DNA of 64,000 nt, taken from assembly GCA_013265495.1 (NCBI GenBank), contig MU058584.1, positions 7,902,407 to 7,966,406 on the forward strand, in the 5' to 3' direction. A model generated the notes under the pieces. That model searched no databases. It was not told the DNA's origin and saw only the letters and a program-made list of their open reading frames with translations. Numbering within the stretch: the stretch's first letter is position 1; each line of letters begins with the position of its first letter. The stretch comes from Vicugna vicugna. Its lineage: Eukaryota. Positions 24,546 to 38,400 of the stretch are shown one piece after another. A program made the position numbers and the translations under genes.

Positions 24546-25816
24546 GAAATCACTAAGATCTGGATTTTTTCCTTATTATTTCTTTCCTTTATGGCTTCCT
24601 CATTCATCATGACTTAAGCCCACTTTAAGAAGAATTTACTAGGGTAGGAAGAACTGCAAGGCAAATCTTTCCACCTTTGCCAGGCTCTCCTCCCCTCTAG
24701 ATATCTTCTCCCCTCCTCCCCCACCTCCCATTATCCAGAGTTTCCATGACCAATATTATTGCCAGTGTTAAGCTCGCCCATAGCTTTGATGACCATTTGT
24801 CTTTTCCTGGGGGCAGAGACATGGCATAGTGGAAAGGGTGCAGACTTTGGACTGAAAAACCTGAACCTGAATCTTTGTCCCTCCATTTACTGACTGTGCA
24901 GTCACTGGACAGTCCACTGGACCTCTCTTGGATTAAAAAAGGGCTGATTATATAAAATATCTAACACATAGTAGAATGTCAAAACATGGTATCTGCCGTT
25001 ATTAATAAGCCACTCTGCAGGGGCACTTCATTCTCCAGAAGAAGCCACTTATCTGAGGGGTCCATCCGAACACCTGGCTTCTTGCCCTCTTACCTTGGTC
25101 ACTCACAGTAAACTTTTCCTATTTTCTCCAAATACTCATTACCATGACCCCTCTCTAGACTTTGTCATCATTAAAAAACAACAGTATCTCCTTTAGAATT
25201 TGATTTCAGATATCTTATTTTCACAAGATCAGCTTCTATTCTTCCAACTCAATTGGTCCAACATTTTCTCTCCTAAAAATATGTTTTTTTATCCTCTTGT
25301 GACATCTAGTTAATAAATGCTATCGTTTCCTTATATATCCATCAGCTCCTTCTTTATCGTTACTCTTCTCTGCCCAGGTTAAATTCCGTGATCTGTCATG
25401 ATAATCAGCACCTTGGAAAGACTCTGAACTCCAAAATACTCTGTTACTGTCACTGTTTTCCTCTTGCAAAAATCCCATTTTCTTTATACTTAGATGCTAG
25501 CATCCTAGCAGCTGAATGCTGCTGGAGAAAAATGACCCAAACTGATTGACTAGTTTCATTTTTATTTTTACCTACCATCTACTGAAGTCAGCCAGTCAAT
25601 TATTTGTTGATCCCTGATTTATTTCTGTCTTTCGATTGATTTGAGTAGGTAAAACATGCACATAGTACAACTTTTAAAAGGTATACAAAGATATAGGATG
25701 AAAATAAATCCTCTCCTCACTCCATCCTCGGGCTCCGTTGCTGCCCACAAGGAGGATCGCTGTCTCCTGTAGCTTTTCAGAGATGATCTATACGTAAATA
25801 TGACATCACTTTATGG

Positions 25817-26053
25817 CAGGGTTTCCCAGCCTCGGCTCTACTGACGTTCTGAGCTGGATAATTCTTTGTTGTGAGGGCTGTCCTGCCTGTGCACTGTGGT
25901 ATGGTTGGCAGCATTCCTGCCCTCAACCCACTAAAGCCAGTAGCATTCCCCTGCCCCATGTGTGATCATCAAAACTCTCTCCAAATATTGCCAAACAAAC
26001 ATCCCTGGGCTGGTGGTGGGGAGACAAAAGTCACTGCTGGTTGAGAACCACTG
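25817..26053 (-). mobile_element. MER20 hAT-Charlie DNA transposon
   Basis: CAGGGTTTCCCAGCC...GGTTGAGAACCACTG termini and internal GGATAATTCTTTGTTGTG, matching the remembered MER20 consensus. Confidence 0.88.
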
Positions 26054-29000
26054 ATTGACATTAGTGATCAGAGATCTCAGATGGGCGTTCAACAAAGCCT
26101 AGCACTTTTCCTTCAGCTCCTTGTTACGCATGTTTTTTTCACTGTTTGAGAATTACATCACATCTTTTCCTCTCGCAAACCAACCACATCCCCTCCTCCC
26201 ACCATGGAACCTCACCTCTACCACCAAAACCCAAACCCACCTGCACCTGGATGATCCTTTTCTTCCATCTGACACAGTGGAGGAAGAGGACCATCTCTGT
26301 GTTTCTGCTCTATAATCATTTCCTCTTCCCTACTTTACCTGTTTAAGATTTTTCTTCTTTCTTCCGAATCTTCAGACTGTCTCTGTCTATGAAATACTTT
26401 CCACCAGCATGTACGTATGTTCACTAAAAGGCAAACCAAATCAAACTAAACCAAAAAACCTCAAACCTTTCTTCACCTTTCCTCTTCCTCCAGTAATGGC
26501 TGCATTTCTCATCTTCCCAGCAGAGACATACGTCTGTAAAATTTTCCCCACACATGTGGGCTCCATTTTTTTTTTAAGCCAGGAACCTGGCTATATCATT
26601 TATCTGACCACTTAAAAATACCTGTTTTTTTTTTTCTGCTAGCATAAAAGTTCCAAAAGCAAGACCTTTACTGCCTTGTTTACCACTGTATCCACATCAC
26701 CTAACCCAGTGCCTGGGACGTATTAGGTGCTCAATAAACAGTTGTTTGACTAAGTAACTTTAATTATAAAGAGAAAGTCTTTCAGTGAGTATGTTATTCA
26801 GAGTAGTGACTCTATAGCCTGTTGTCTCGTGGATGTGTATGAGTGTTTATCCAGCTTTGACTAGATTATCTAATGGGAGTTGGAGGCTGCAGATGAGAAA
26901 AAAAAAAAAGGCATCCTACTTCATACTATTAGAAAACAAGGAAGATCTATTTGGCCCTGGACATTACCAGGAGCTTGCAGGAGACTGTTAAGGGAAACTT
27001 CCGCATAGCCAGAGTTGAAACTGCCTATTAGAAGATACTCAGTAAATATTTGTTGAATAATTTAATGAACAAAACCAAAGGTCCAGGTTGGAGTGTGTCA
27101 CCTGCTCGCCTTAAAACTCTTCTGTTGATTCCTCTGCTTTATATGGTCACGTTTCTGACCAGGTGCCTCATGGAGAAAGTCAGAGAAGTATTCACCCTTG
27201 TTTTGGCTGATGGTCTGTATTCCCATCTGTCACAATGAAGTTCTCCTCATCTATTTCTTCCTCATTTGACTCCAACCAACCAAGTACACCAGTTCTAATT
27301 GTCACAGGAAGTTTGCTGGACCATTTTGGGGGGGGGGTCAATGGGCCCTTCTAGATAACAGTATTAGAGCAAGGAGGAAGTAGGAATGGTGCTGGGCATC
27401 CTGAGATGACCTGATGCCAAAAGCTCGTAGCAGTACCACTGAAACTTACCCATCTGAGTCTGAGCTCCGCTAGGAAGCCCTGGGGATTTTCTGAAGACAG
27501 GGTTGTAGCTTAGTACACTTTAAGGACTGGTTTGAGGGGAAAGATATTAACAGTTCCTGAAGTTATTTTTCTTTACCTCAACAGGAACATAAAGAATGTC
27601 AAAACCACCCTAAAACTTTTGAATGTGCTTTTCAAAAATGGGATCAGTCATTGTCCCTTTATGAAATGCTAAACCCAAACTAGATCACTTAAAAAGAAAA
27701 GGTCGCTTCTGGATCAGTAGTTTGAGGTTTCCTTTCTTTTCAAACAACTGAAAACACATAAAACCATGTTTTTTTTTTTTTCTTAGTCCCCCAGAGTGGT
27801 GACTTTGTATTCTCTGAAGTAGGTTTTGATTTACCGCAGCTTAACAGGAAAAGAGCTTTACTGGGACCATCATTGTGAGAATGACTAATTTGAAACAATA
27901 GATCATTGAAAGAGGTTGAATTGGAGAGAGAAGCCTGGCTCCTCAAAGCCAGACTCTAAGATTTCCTTCTGGAGGTTAAGCCATAGACATTCCCCAATCC
28001 TTATCTAAGAAAGTGAGCTGGCCACATGTTAAATTACATTTTCAAAGGAATTTGGTTAACTTCTGATGTTAGTAGAGATAAATTTTTGTTTCCTGTGTGT
28101 GTGTGCATATGTGTGTTTCTTTCCCAGAGTTTTGGATCATCCAGAGGCAGAATGAGGTGATCTTTGTAAAGGAGAATTAGAAACCCATTCCTTAGGGTCT
28201 TCAGATTCAAAAGTGAACCTTATTCAGAAATAATGTAACTATTGATGGCAGCCAGAAATCTTCGGGGTTCATCTAGAAACCAACCAGCCTTGGAAATAGA
28301 TGATTAAGTGGGTATTTTGCTCCTTATAGTTCACCCAAAGAGTAGCAAACCACCACCCCAGTGATGCTGGGAAATATTCCCTTTGCTGGGAGATATTTCA
28401 TCGCATTGGTTGAAGATGGACCACTTTCTGGTTGATCCATCCTTGGAGAAAAGTGCAGTGTACATGTCTCTCCTGTCCCACTTGGAGGCTCCTTCAGCTC
28501 TTGGGGGTCACCCTCACATTCTGTTGAAAGTCCAGTCTTCTCTCCAAGTTTTCCAAAAATTTCAGGAAGGACCCTGCTTCTCTGGGCAGTCTGTGTGATA
28601 GCAGGTTTGCTGGCTCTCGCCTGGGTTCTGGCAGTGGCTGTGCCCTAAGGTTCTCCCGTTGTGGAATACCTGTGTTTCCCTCAAGGCCCTACTACCACAA
28701 GTTGCTGGGTATAGACAGATTTTACTGATGATTTGGGGGTAATGGATAGAGATTTACCTTACACACACAGCATAAGTTACACCTGAAGATGAGTGTTAGA
28801 CAACACCATTATCCCTCAAGTTTGCCACAACTATGTCTTTAAATGTGTCACCCCAAATCCTAGTATGTGACAGGAAGCATAAACTCATTGATTCAAAGAT
28901 TATTTAATGTCCACCATGTACCGGAAACTACCCTAGGTACTATGGATACAATGAGAAATAAAATGTTTTGTGGAGTTATACTTCAATGGAGAGATGGGAA

Positions 29001-30608
29001 GTAGACAACGGCAAAGAAGCAAATAAAGATCTAATTAGTCAGATGGTAGGAAGTGCTAAGGAGGAAAATTTAAGCCAGGTAAGGCAAAAGTGAGTAATGA
29101 AGAAGGAGGGGGTTCTTTGATAAGCAGTGAGGGAACATGACTTACAGCACATCAGTCAGAGACATTAAAATGCAAAGGCTTAAGACTAAAAGGCGTTTGG
29201 TATGTTTGGTATATGGTTGGAGTGGAGTGAGCTTGATGAAAATTGGTTGGAGAGGAAACTTTTTTTTTTGACTGGGACATTGTGTGACTGGGAAATTGAC
29301 ACATTGTAATTGACTGTACTTCAATTAAACAACAACAACAACAGCGGCTGGTTGGAGTGTTAGCCAGGGCCCAGATGACGCAGGGCCTTGGGAGCATTGC
29401 AAAGGTGTGGATTGTATTCTAAGTATCACAGAAAGTCATTGGAGAACTCCGAACAGAGAGTGACAAGACCTCATTTACAATTGAAAATGAACACTCAGGT
29501 TGTTTAAATAGATTCTGAGCAGCGAGACCAGCAGAAGTCTGCTTCAGTGCTCCAGATGAGAGATGGCAGTGGCTTGAACCATGGTATGTTGGTAATAGAG
29601 GGGTTGAGAATCATTCTGATGTTAGAATTAACCAGATTTGCTGATGTGTGGGACTTGAAAGAAATTATAATTCTCTCGTTTTTGGTCTGAGCAATTGGGT
29701 GGATGGTGAGATATTTTCCATATTAATGTTTTATAATTTTCCATATTAATGTCCAGCATTAATATTAATGCTGCTGTCATCTGGGGACTCAGTGTATGAT
29801 AGAAGCAGAAGACTGTTTCCTGCTGCGCATTCTCGGGTCTGTACCAAGGGCTAGCTCCTTTGCTGACAGCCAAAGGCACAGAGACCAACCAGCATTTGGG
29901 CTCTGCTTGAGTTCTTCTCGTGGACATAACTTCTCTATAATAGCCTTAAGAAGGAAGGAAAACAGTGTGTGTTAAGATTGCCATATATGAACCTGAAACT
30001 TCCCCAGTTGCTAAAAATTACTCACCGCAGAGTTCGGGTTCATAATTAATCGTAGTAATATCTTCTGAGGCAGAAGTCCTCTTTGCCATATTTCCAACAG
30101 GTGGAACACATTTCCAGCACATTCTCTATTTGAAAACTTTCTGGAGAGAGGGCTCACTGAACTGTAAGGGAGCCCCTTTCTGCACTGGACTATATTACAT
30201 TCTAGAAAGTTCTTTCTTAGATTTAATTGAAACCCTCTACACATTGGTCATAGATCTTTGCAGCTTTCAATTCCTGTTGTAACTTCTGGCTTATCAAGCA
30301 CTCTCAAGTATCTTGTCTTGTTCAACTTTCACTAACCCCTGTAAGGAAGATTGTTATCCTCATTTTACACACAAAAACAACTGAAACACTGAACAGTTGT
30401 GAGCCTTGCTCAAGGTGACGTGGCTAAGAAATGGTGGAGGTGGGACTTAACTCTACGTCTGATGTTCTTTCCACATGCAAAGAGACTTCTTAGAACTGTA
30501 TCTTATATGAAGACACTCAACATGAGCCTTATCCCATTAATTTTCAGTGATTCCTCATCTCCTTGCATTTCAATCTGAGTCTCATTTTGCCTATGACCCA
30601 CACTCTGA

Positions 30609-30667
30609 ATTATATTATTTATATTATATTATATTATATTATATTATATTATATTATATTATATATG
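30609..30667. repeat. (ATATT)n pentanucleotide microsatellite
   Basis: About 10 near-perfect ATATT units read directly. Confidence 0.95.
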
Positions 30668-30924
30668 TATCTATTGATATAATTCTGTAGATAGAGGTCA
30701 TAGGGTTTCCTTGTTGAGACTTGCTCTTAGATTCTTCTTTTGTTTCTTCTCTCGCCTGTGTTCTATCTCATTTGTTCCTATTGCCCCTCTGCCACCAACG
30801 AGCATCTTGGCTTTAAAAAAGTGAAAAGGAAAGAGATTGAGCTTCTTGATCAGGAGGCTTGAGTTTGAGTCCAACTTCTGCTACTCAGCTAGCTATGTGT
30901 GGGACCGTAAGTCAGTGACATGAA

Positions 30925-31063
30925 TTTTTTTTTAATTGTGTTTTTTTTTTTGGAGGGGGTAGGTAATTAGGTTTATTTATTTTTAATGGAGGTACTGGGG
31001 ATTGAACCCAGGACCCTGTGTATGCCAAGCACGCACTCTACCACTGAGCTATATCATCCCCCC
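30925..31063 (-). mobile_element. tRNA-derived SINE, Vic-1-like (camelid), inserted in a MIR
   Basis: Minus strand reads GGGGGATGATATAGCTCAGTGGTAGAG (A box)...GGTTCAATCCCCAGTACCTCCA (B box), then AAATAAATAAACCTAATTACC and an A-rich tail. Confidence 0.88.
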
Positions 31064-33324
31064 AACACAAATATCTTGAGATTCAGTTGTCTTCTGTGTA
31101 AAACAAGGATGCTGATTCCTATTCTTACAGCTTTATAGGAATATTGTTAATGCCAAGTGGAATGAAGCTACTCTGTGACTTGGAAAATCATTCCTGAGGG
31201 TAAGTCAATGGAATTGTTATATTCCTCAGCAATTTTCCTGATAAACTTATTGTTAAAAAAGTTCTTCCTTGCTGTTTAGTTTTTATAAAATGGATCATCT
31301 GTAATCCTATCATACGATGTGTAAATCACATCAAACATAAAAACACTAATTAGGAACAACATACAGGTAAACCTCACTGTGAAGTATAAAAATAAAATAA
31401 TAATCTTATATTTTCATAGCCTTTAAAACATTTTCTCACATGCCTCTTGCTTCTATTATTTTTTTAAAGTATATGCAATAATACACATAAAAGCAGTTGG
31501 CATGTGTCAGATTGTCTGTAAAAGTTAATGGAATATATTGACTACATTCTATGCTCATTCTACTCACAGTCTAGTGCGATGCATTTGATGCCTATTTTTT
31601 CATCCTAAAATGCAATTAGCTAGGGTGGTGTGTAAATTTTGACTGGTGAGGTATAGTACTTTAAGTTCTTTGCTAGCCTTACCTATAGCTAAAACCCTCC
31701 ACTTAACGCAGGGATGCCTCTAGAGATGAGAGCTACTGAGGGAATGCACTCCACCTTCTCCAGCTGCTCCTTACGGAAGGGACAGAACCTCCTGGTTCTT
31801 CAGCCGTAGCCCCGGCTTTCTGCAGGTGAACCACTTCAAAGACAACGGGAGCTAGTAAGATGCACCCTTAGTGTTACCAGACTCTGACAGTGTCCGTACG
31901 TGTAAGACTCCATGTGCAAGTCAAGAATATTTGCAAAGGAGACTGGAGATTGGATAAGCAGCTGTTGGTGTCAGATGTTTCCCTGGACAAGGATATGTTA
32001 GTTTGACGTGGTTGAGGTCTCAGTTTTCTCACACACTCCACCCCAACACCACCACGCCTGCACCACTTCCAATCTGTGGAAGGGAACTTGATACTTATTT
32101 TCTGGAAGGGAAAGTCCTAGAAATTGATCCTGATTGGAAGAGAGGGCAGGTGGAAGCTTTGGGAAGCCACAAACATCTCTGGTCTTAAGTAAATGAACTA
32201 AGATTCTAGACAGAGATTGAAGACTGTAGACCGAAGAAGCTGGGAATTCCGATAACATAAAATGTGTCTTATTCTCCTCACCCATGTCTTTATTGAGAAG
32301 AGAAAACAGCCTTGACTCAGATGGTGAGAAAGAGACACACAGGTGTTAAACCGAACTCTGAAGTGTGAGCTACAAGGGAAGACATCTCCAACCTCAGCAT
32401 CCTCTTTGCATCATTCGGTGGGTTGCATTCAGGCTTCTAAGAAATTCTGGAGGCTTCTGTGGGGGTCTAGGAGGGTGGCAATGAGAAGAATGCCATGCAT
32501 GGGGCTGAGATCATTCGTACTTCCTTTAGGATGGCAAATTGGCTCTTCCTGTCTTTCTGGAAGAACACGGAAAGACTGCTCTGTCCTGGGAAGGGAATCG
32601 GAGTATAATCAGTGGTCAGGTAGCTGGATCTACATTTAAAAGGAAGATGAATATGTTTTTTCTGCCCTACAGCCAAGTCCATATCTATGACCCACAAGAT
32701 AGGTAAGAATACCAACTTTTTATTTAAAAATAATGGGACACATCGCAGGACTTATTCTTGCCCTAAACCAAGCCACGAAATAAGTAAAGAGCAATAGTAG
32801 TTGTAATTTATTGACTGCTCTTTGTAAGGATTATGCAAAGCACCCTCCATTTAAGTTCACTAGTCCTCACAACAACTCCACAAGTCCATTTTGTAAGTGA
32901 CAAAAACTGATCTGGGCTCAGAGAGGTTAAGTAACTTTCCCAAGGTCACACGATAAGAGAGAAGATTCAAGACCACACTATTCTGATCCAGGGAATCTTA
33001 CCTAAAGCAGGCTCATACTGTGCCGTTACAATGTGAATAGTCTTCATTCATTCCACAAACTACTATTAAGCACCTACTAGGTGCCAGGCATTGTTGAGGG
33101 GATAGAATGCTGAACAAGACAGATAACTTCCTTGCTTCTTCTAAACTGACGTCCTAGTTGGGGTGCAGGTGGTGAAGAAAATAAGCAAACAAGTAAATAA
33201 ATAAATAATCAGATAAACAGCATGTAGAGAATTAACATGGGGCGATAAGATAAAGAGAGACCAGATAACTATGTTAGAGGGAAGGCCTCTCTGAGGAGGT
33301 ACCATTCAAAATAACAAGAGCTAG

Positions 33325-34093
33325 ACAAATAATACGTGCTGGAGAGGGTGTGGAGAAAGAGAATGTCCTGTACTGTTGGTGGGGCTATAAATTGGTGCAG
33401 TCACTGTAGAGGACAGTATGAAGGTTCCTTAAAAAACTAAAGACAGAGTTACCATGTGATCCAGCAATCCCACTTCTGGGCATATATCCAGAGAAAACTA
33501 TAATTCAAAAAGATACTTGCACCCCAATGTTCACAGCAGCACTATTTACAATAGCTAAGAGATGGAAATAACCTAAATGTCCATCGACAGATGACTGGAT
33601 AAAGAAGATGTGGTATATATATATTAGAATATTATTCAGCCATAAAGAAGAATGAAATAATTCCATTTGCAGCAACATGAATGGACCTAGAGATTGTCAT
33701 GTTGAGTGAAGTAAGTCAGACAGAGAAAAACAAATGCCATATAATATCACTTATATGTGCAATCTAAAAAAAATGATGCAAATTCTATTTACAAACCAAA
33801 AACAGACTCATGGACATAGGAAACAAACTATGGTTACCAAAAGGGAAAGGGTGAAGAGGGATAAGTTAGGGGTTGAGGATTAACAGACACGCATTACTAT
33901 ATATAAAATAGATAAACAATAAGGACCTACTGTATCACAGGGAATTATATTCACTTTCTTATAATAACATATAATGGAAAAGAATCTGAAAAGAAAGTGT
34001 GTATATATATATATATCTGAATCATTTTGCTGTACACCTGAAACTAACACTGTAAATCAACTACACTCAATTAAAAATTTAAAATAAAAAAAC
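33325..34093 (+). mobile_element. 5'-truncated LINE-1 (ORF2 end plus 3' UTR) inserted in L2
   Basis: L1 motifs GATCCAGCAATCCCACTTCTGGG and CCATTTGCAGCAACATG; A-rich tail; perfect 19-bp TSD TCAAAATAACAAGAGCTAG (33306-33324 / 34094-34112). Confidence 0.95.
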
Positions 34094-35199
34094 TCAAAAT
34101 AACAAGAGCTAGGAAGGCAAAGATTAGGGTAAAGAGCATTGTAAGCAGAGGCAATGCCTTTTTATGGGCTTGTTCATGCACCCAGAAATGTGCTTAGCAT
34201 TCTTAAGAGCTTGAATGCCAGTAGGTCCACTCATCACTGTGACAACTGTCAACCTAAATCAAGAGGTACATTGAGGCAAGCTTGAGTTACCAGAAAGCGG
34301 GTTTATTTGAGAACAGTGGAGAAATTGCCATTTAGGAAACACATGTTGTAGCACATTGCAGGCAAGTCTGTTGAGGGCTTGGGGTAGGCTGTATTTATGA
34401 GCAAGGAGTGCAGAGAGGGGAGGGTCCAGGTGGGGGCCGAGCCATAATTTCTTTTGGCTTGAGGATGGAGAGAGATTTTTGGCAGATGTTCATTGGCCAA
34501 GAGATAAGTTTCAGTCTTCAGTAAAACAGGCTTTTATAGGAAATCAGTCTCTAAGGTCTTTAGTTCCATTTCTCCAATGGTATGTGCATATCCTCCAGTT
34601 CTGTTTTAGATTTAATTTCCTTCATACAACTAAATATATCCCCCATACATTTCCAAACTTCCCACTGGGGAAGTCTCCTTCTTCCCTCCTTGTTGAAAAC
34701 CACCAGTCAAAAGCAATAGATCTCAAATGGGAATGAGCTTGACATGTGGCAGGAATAGAATAAAAGATCATGTGGCTGGAGTCCAAGGATGGCAAAAGAT
34801 GATGCTGGAGAGGTAGACAGAGGCCTGGATCATGTAGCACTCTCTAAACTGGGGTGAGGGATTTAGAATTTATTGTTAGTTCTAAGGGGAGCCACTGAAA
34901 AGCATAGTAGAAGGAGAATTGAAGAGATGCAGAAATTTTTGATCTATGTTTTAGTAGCAGAATTTTCAGGTCTGTTGATGGGGTGTTGAGTGCATGGGAA
35001 GGAGATGAATCAAGGATTCCGCCTACTGTTTTCCATTCTGTTTCCTTTACAGCAGCTATTGTAATTATTTCCGATACATTTTTCCCTTTGTGTATTTTTC
35101 CAATTAGATCCATGTCTACTTTTATTCTGGTGCTCAATGAAAGTGTGTTGAAAAAAATGACTGAGCAGAATATGGACCTCTCTTCTTACTGCATACATC

Positions 35200-36830
35200 C
35201 AGACCGACCTCTTTCTTTTCAGTGGCTGCATGCATAGACCATCAGCATATCTTCAGCCATTTCTCTATGAAGAGACATTTAATTTGTTCCCAACGTTTTG
35301 ATGTTTCAAAAAAAAAATGCTACAGTGACTAAGTTGATGTACAGGTCTCTGTATTTCTGCTGGTATTTCTCTAGGATAGAAAAGTAGAATTGAAAGATCT
35401 AGGCACAAGCTATATGTTATGACTTTCAATGGTTATCACCAAGTTGCTTTGTGAAAATTTGTACTAATTTACACTCCTACCCACACCATGTGAAATTGCC
35501 TTCTCTCTATGCCATCAGCCTATTTGTCATTTGTAAACTTTTTTACAACACCAGCAGGCAAAAAAAAAAAAGTCTCTTTAATTTTCATTTTTAAATATTT
35601 TTGAAGTTGAAAGTCTTTTATTTTTAGCTTTATTTAGTGGGGGTTTTTTTTGTAGTTCTTCAGTGAATTACCTAATATAATTTACTCTTTTAAAAATTAA
35701 GCTGTTGTCTTTTCATTACTGGTTTATAGCAGCACTTTACATGGTATGAATGTAACTCTTTGTCTGTTACATGTATTACAAACGTTTCTTCCCATTGTGT
35801 CATCTGTCTGTTAACTTTTTCCACCCAGAAGTGTTTAATTATTAAAAGCAAATCTATTTTTCCTTTATAGCTTCTTGTTACACGTAGACTTCCCTTACCC
35901 TATGCTCATAGATATGTATTTCTCTGTTTTCTTCCAGTTTAAAACTTTCATTGTGCTTTAGCTCCATAATGTATTTAAAAATCTACTTTTGTACAGCCCG
36001 AGGTAGACAGTCAACACATTTTCAAAATGGATAACTGATAACACAAGCAACACCATCTTTTAATTCCCCATTCATCTGAAAGAACAGCACCATCTTAGAC
36101 TGTTTCCTCTTATGTTTGGGTTTGATTCTGTTAAAAAAAAAAAAGAAAGAAAGAAAGAAAAAGAATAAAAAAAGAATCAACAGACCCAAGGTGGGGCCAC
36201 TTGCCCTGAGAACAGTAAACCAAGACTTAACTGTAGTTTCCATTTCTCCCAGGAGTGGAATTTCTAGAAAATTTTCGTCAGCACGAGTGAGGTAACCTTG
36301 TCTGAAATTTTTTTTCCTTCTGCTAATAACCTCCTTATCCTGCTCCGTTTCTAAAAAAGCTTTCTGTTCGGTACAGCTCCCAGGAGTACCCTTGTTTAAT
36401 ATATGGCATGCTGCCCCATTCTTGAATCGTTAAATAAGCTAATCAGAGCTTCAAATTCACTCATTTGAATTTTACTTTTTTACAGTTCTGGACTCTCTCT
36501 TCTGTCCCATTGGTCTCTTTGTCTGTTACTGGATTAGTCACTCTGTTTTAATAACTGCACCTTTATGACTTTTTGTCATTACCAATTTTTGTATATTTAC
36601 TCTTCATGTAGTTTATAATCAACTCCTCCCATGCCTCTCCCCTCATCCACTTCCCTATTGGACTTTTGATTGGAATTATATAAAATATATTATAATTTAA
36701 TTTAGAGGGAATTTGACTGCTTTACAGTATGAAGTCTACCCTTCAAGGAAGATATGATGTAGCTCAGTATTTCTTATTATCAGATTATTTTATGTTTCTT
36801 CAGAAAACTTACAGCTTTCTTCTTTTTTTA
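35200..36830 (-). mobile_element. Ancient L1 remnant, interrupted by an LTR
   Basis: T-rich degenerate L1-antisense text (AATTTACACTCCTACCCAC, TGGACTCTCTCTTCTGTCCCATTGGTC, TTTTGATTGGAATT). Confidence 0.7.
36129..36484 (+). mobile_element. Solo LTR (ERV1-like)
   Basis: TGTTAAAA...TTTTTACA termini; 4-bp flanks ATTC/GTTC; it splits a contiguous L1 motif. The strand is tentative. Confidence 0.72.
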
Positions 36831-37974
36831 AAAAATATATTTGACATATAACATTGTGTAAATTTAAGGTGTACAATGTGTTAATTTGATACATTTGAAT
36901 ATTGTAATATGATTGCCACTGGAGTTTCAGTAGCCTAAATCCCAAAAAGCTCAGGTCACCAAGTTAAGGACAAATCTGATGGATTTAGAAGGGTAGCAGT
37001 CGGAGATAGTTTTCCTTACACCAGACTAGGTAACCCTTGTGCCTCTGAGGGCGTGATTCACCCTGCTTGGAAGGCAGTGATGGGCACCGAGACACTAATG
37101 CTGACCTGCACTCCTGAGAGGACGCCCTCCCCAGGCCCTCCTTCAGGCCCAGTCTGGAGTTGGGAGGAACATGTGAGAAGAACCCCATATGAATCTGGGG
37201 GGTCAGAGAGCAGAGGGTAACTGTCCTTACAATTGCAGTGGATCCAGGGGTGGTGACAGTTTTCTAGAAGTTTCCCTCTACTCTGCAGACAGTGGGAGTA
37301 GTGGAGTAGAGAGAACCACGTGTAATGGTTAAGCAGAAAGACCTTGCAGCATTTCCTTTCACCTCAGAAGGCATGTGAAACAAGTAAATATGTTCTGGAG
37401 GCCCGAAAACAGTATGGAAGTGGACAAGGCAGAGAGAAAGCCTGGCCCGAGGAGACCTTAGGGGCAGGGCAAGGGGAATGGAGCTGTGCGCTGTGTGGCC
37501 CAGCAACCACAAGCCAGGTGGGAATGATGGGGGTCTGAGTGGATGCCAGAGGGCCTAAGATTGAGGGCCGGGTGTTTCTCCTTCCCTCCCCTTTGGTCTG
37601 CTTTCCATCCTAAGACATTAAGTGTAATCAGGGGAAGGGTGGGGGAAGAAATCCTGAATTAACCAAGAAAACCCTGAATTAAGATTAAATCTCCTGCTAC
37701 AATAAAATAAAAAATTAAGATGAGTGATAACAGAAGACAATTGAGTTTGTTGAATTTGGGGGCTGAGATCTATATCATTATTATCAAACATGGGCTTAAT
37801 TACACATGCAATTATAGCCATCATTCCTTCATTCGGCCTTTTCTAGGTCCCAGGTGTGGGGTGCAGGGTCAGGTATAAATACGAATAAAACAGATTATTT
37901 GACCTCAAGGGTTGCATAGTAAAATAGGGGGAGAATGTTGAACCTGACTCTGTCCAAACCTTAGCACATTCTTA

Positions 37975-38400
37975 CAGGTGTAGCGGGTAAGGTGGTCACG
38001 GCCCACATTTCCCCTCGTGACCGAGGCATTTCCCAGCAGCTGAGAATGCTCGCCCCTGAGGGGTCAGATCCAACAGAAATTGCTGTTAGCTGAAGGAAGC
38101 TGCGTTGTGCAAATGATACACCCTCCCTGTAGGCGCCTGCATCCAGTGACTGGCTGATGTGATGGTACAGTGTCTTTCCCACAATTTAAAGCAACTCTGA
38201 AGGGCCACCCTACTTCCAGAGCTTCCCATGGGATGGGTAGGCAGTTTAATTTCTCACTCTGGCTAGTCCTGCTTCTTTCACTCCCACAGGCGTGTTGTTC
38301 CGGAGAGCTAGCCCTGATCAACAGATCTTCTGCAGATCCCTCTTTTGTCTATTCCCAGAGAACCCAACCTAAGGAAGCTGGTCTGAGGAGTCAGGCTACA
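37975..38400 (+). mobile_element. Old ERVL LTR remnant (LTR16-like)
   Basis: CAGTGACTGGCTGATG, CAACTCTGAAGGGCCA and CCAGAGCTTCCCATGGG resemble LTR16-family motifs as recalled. Confidence 0.5.

Noticed and set aside
30988..31063. tRNA gene on the minus strand
   Set aside because: A and B boxes are present, but the stems are degenerate and it continues into a SINE body and A tail.
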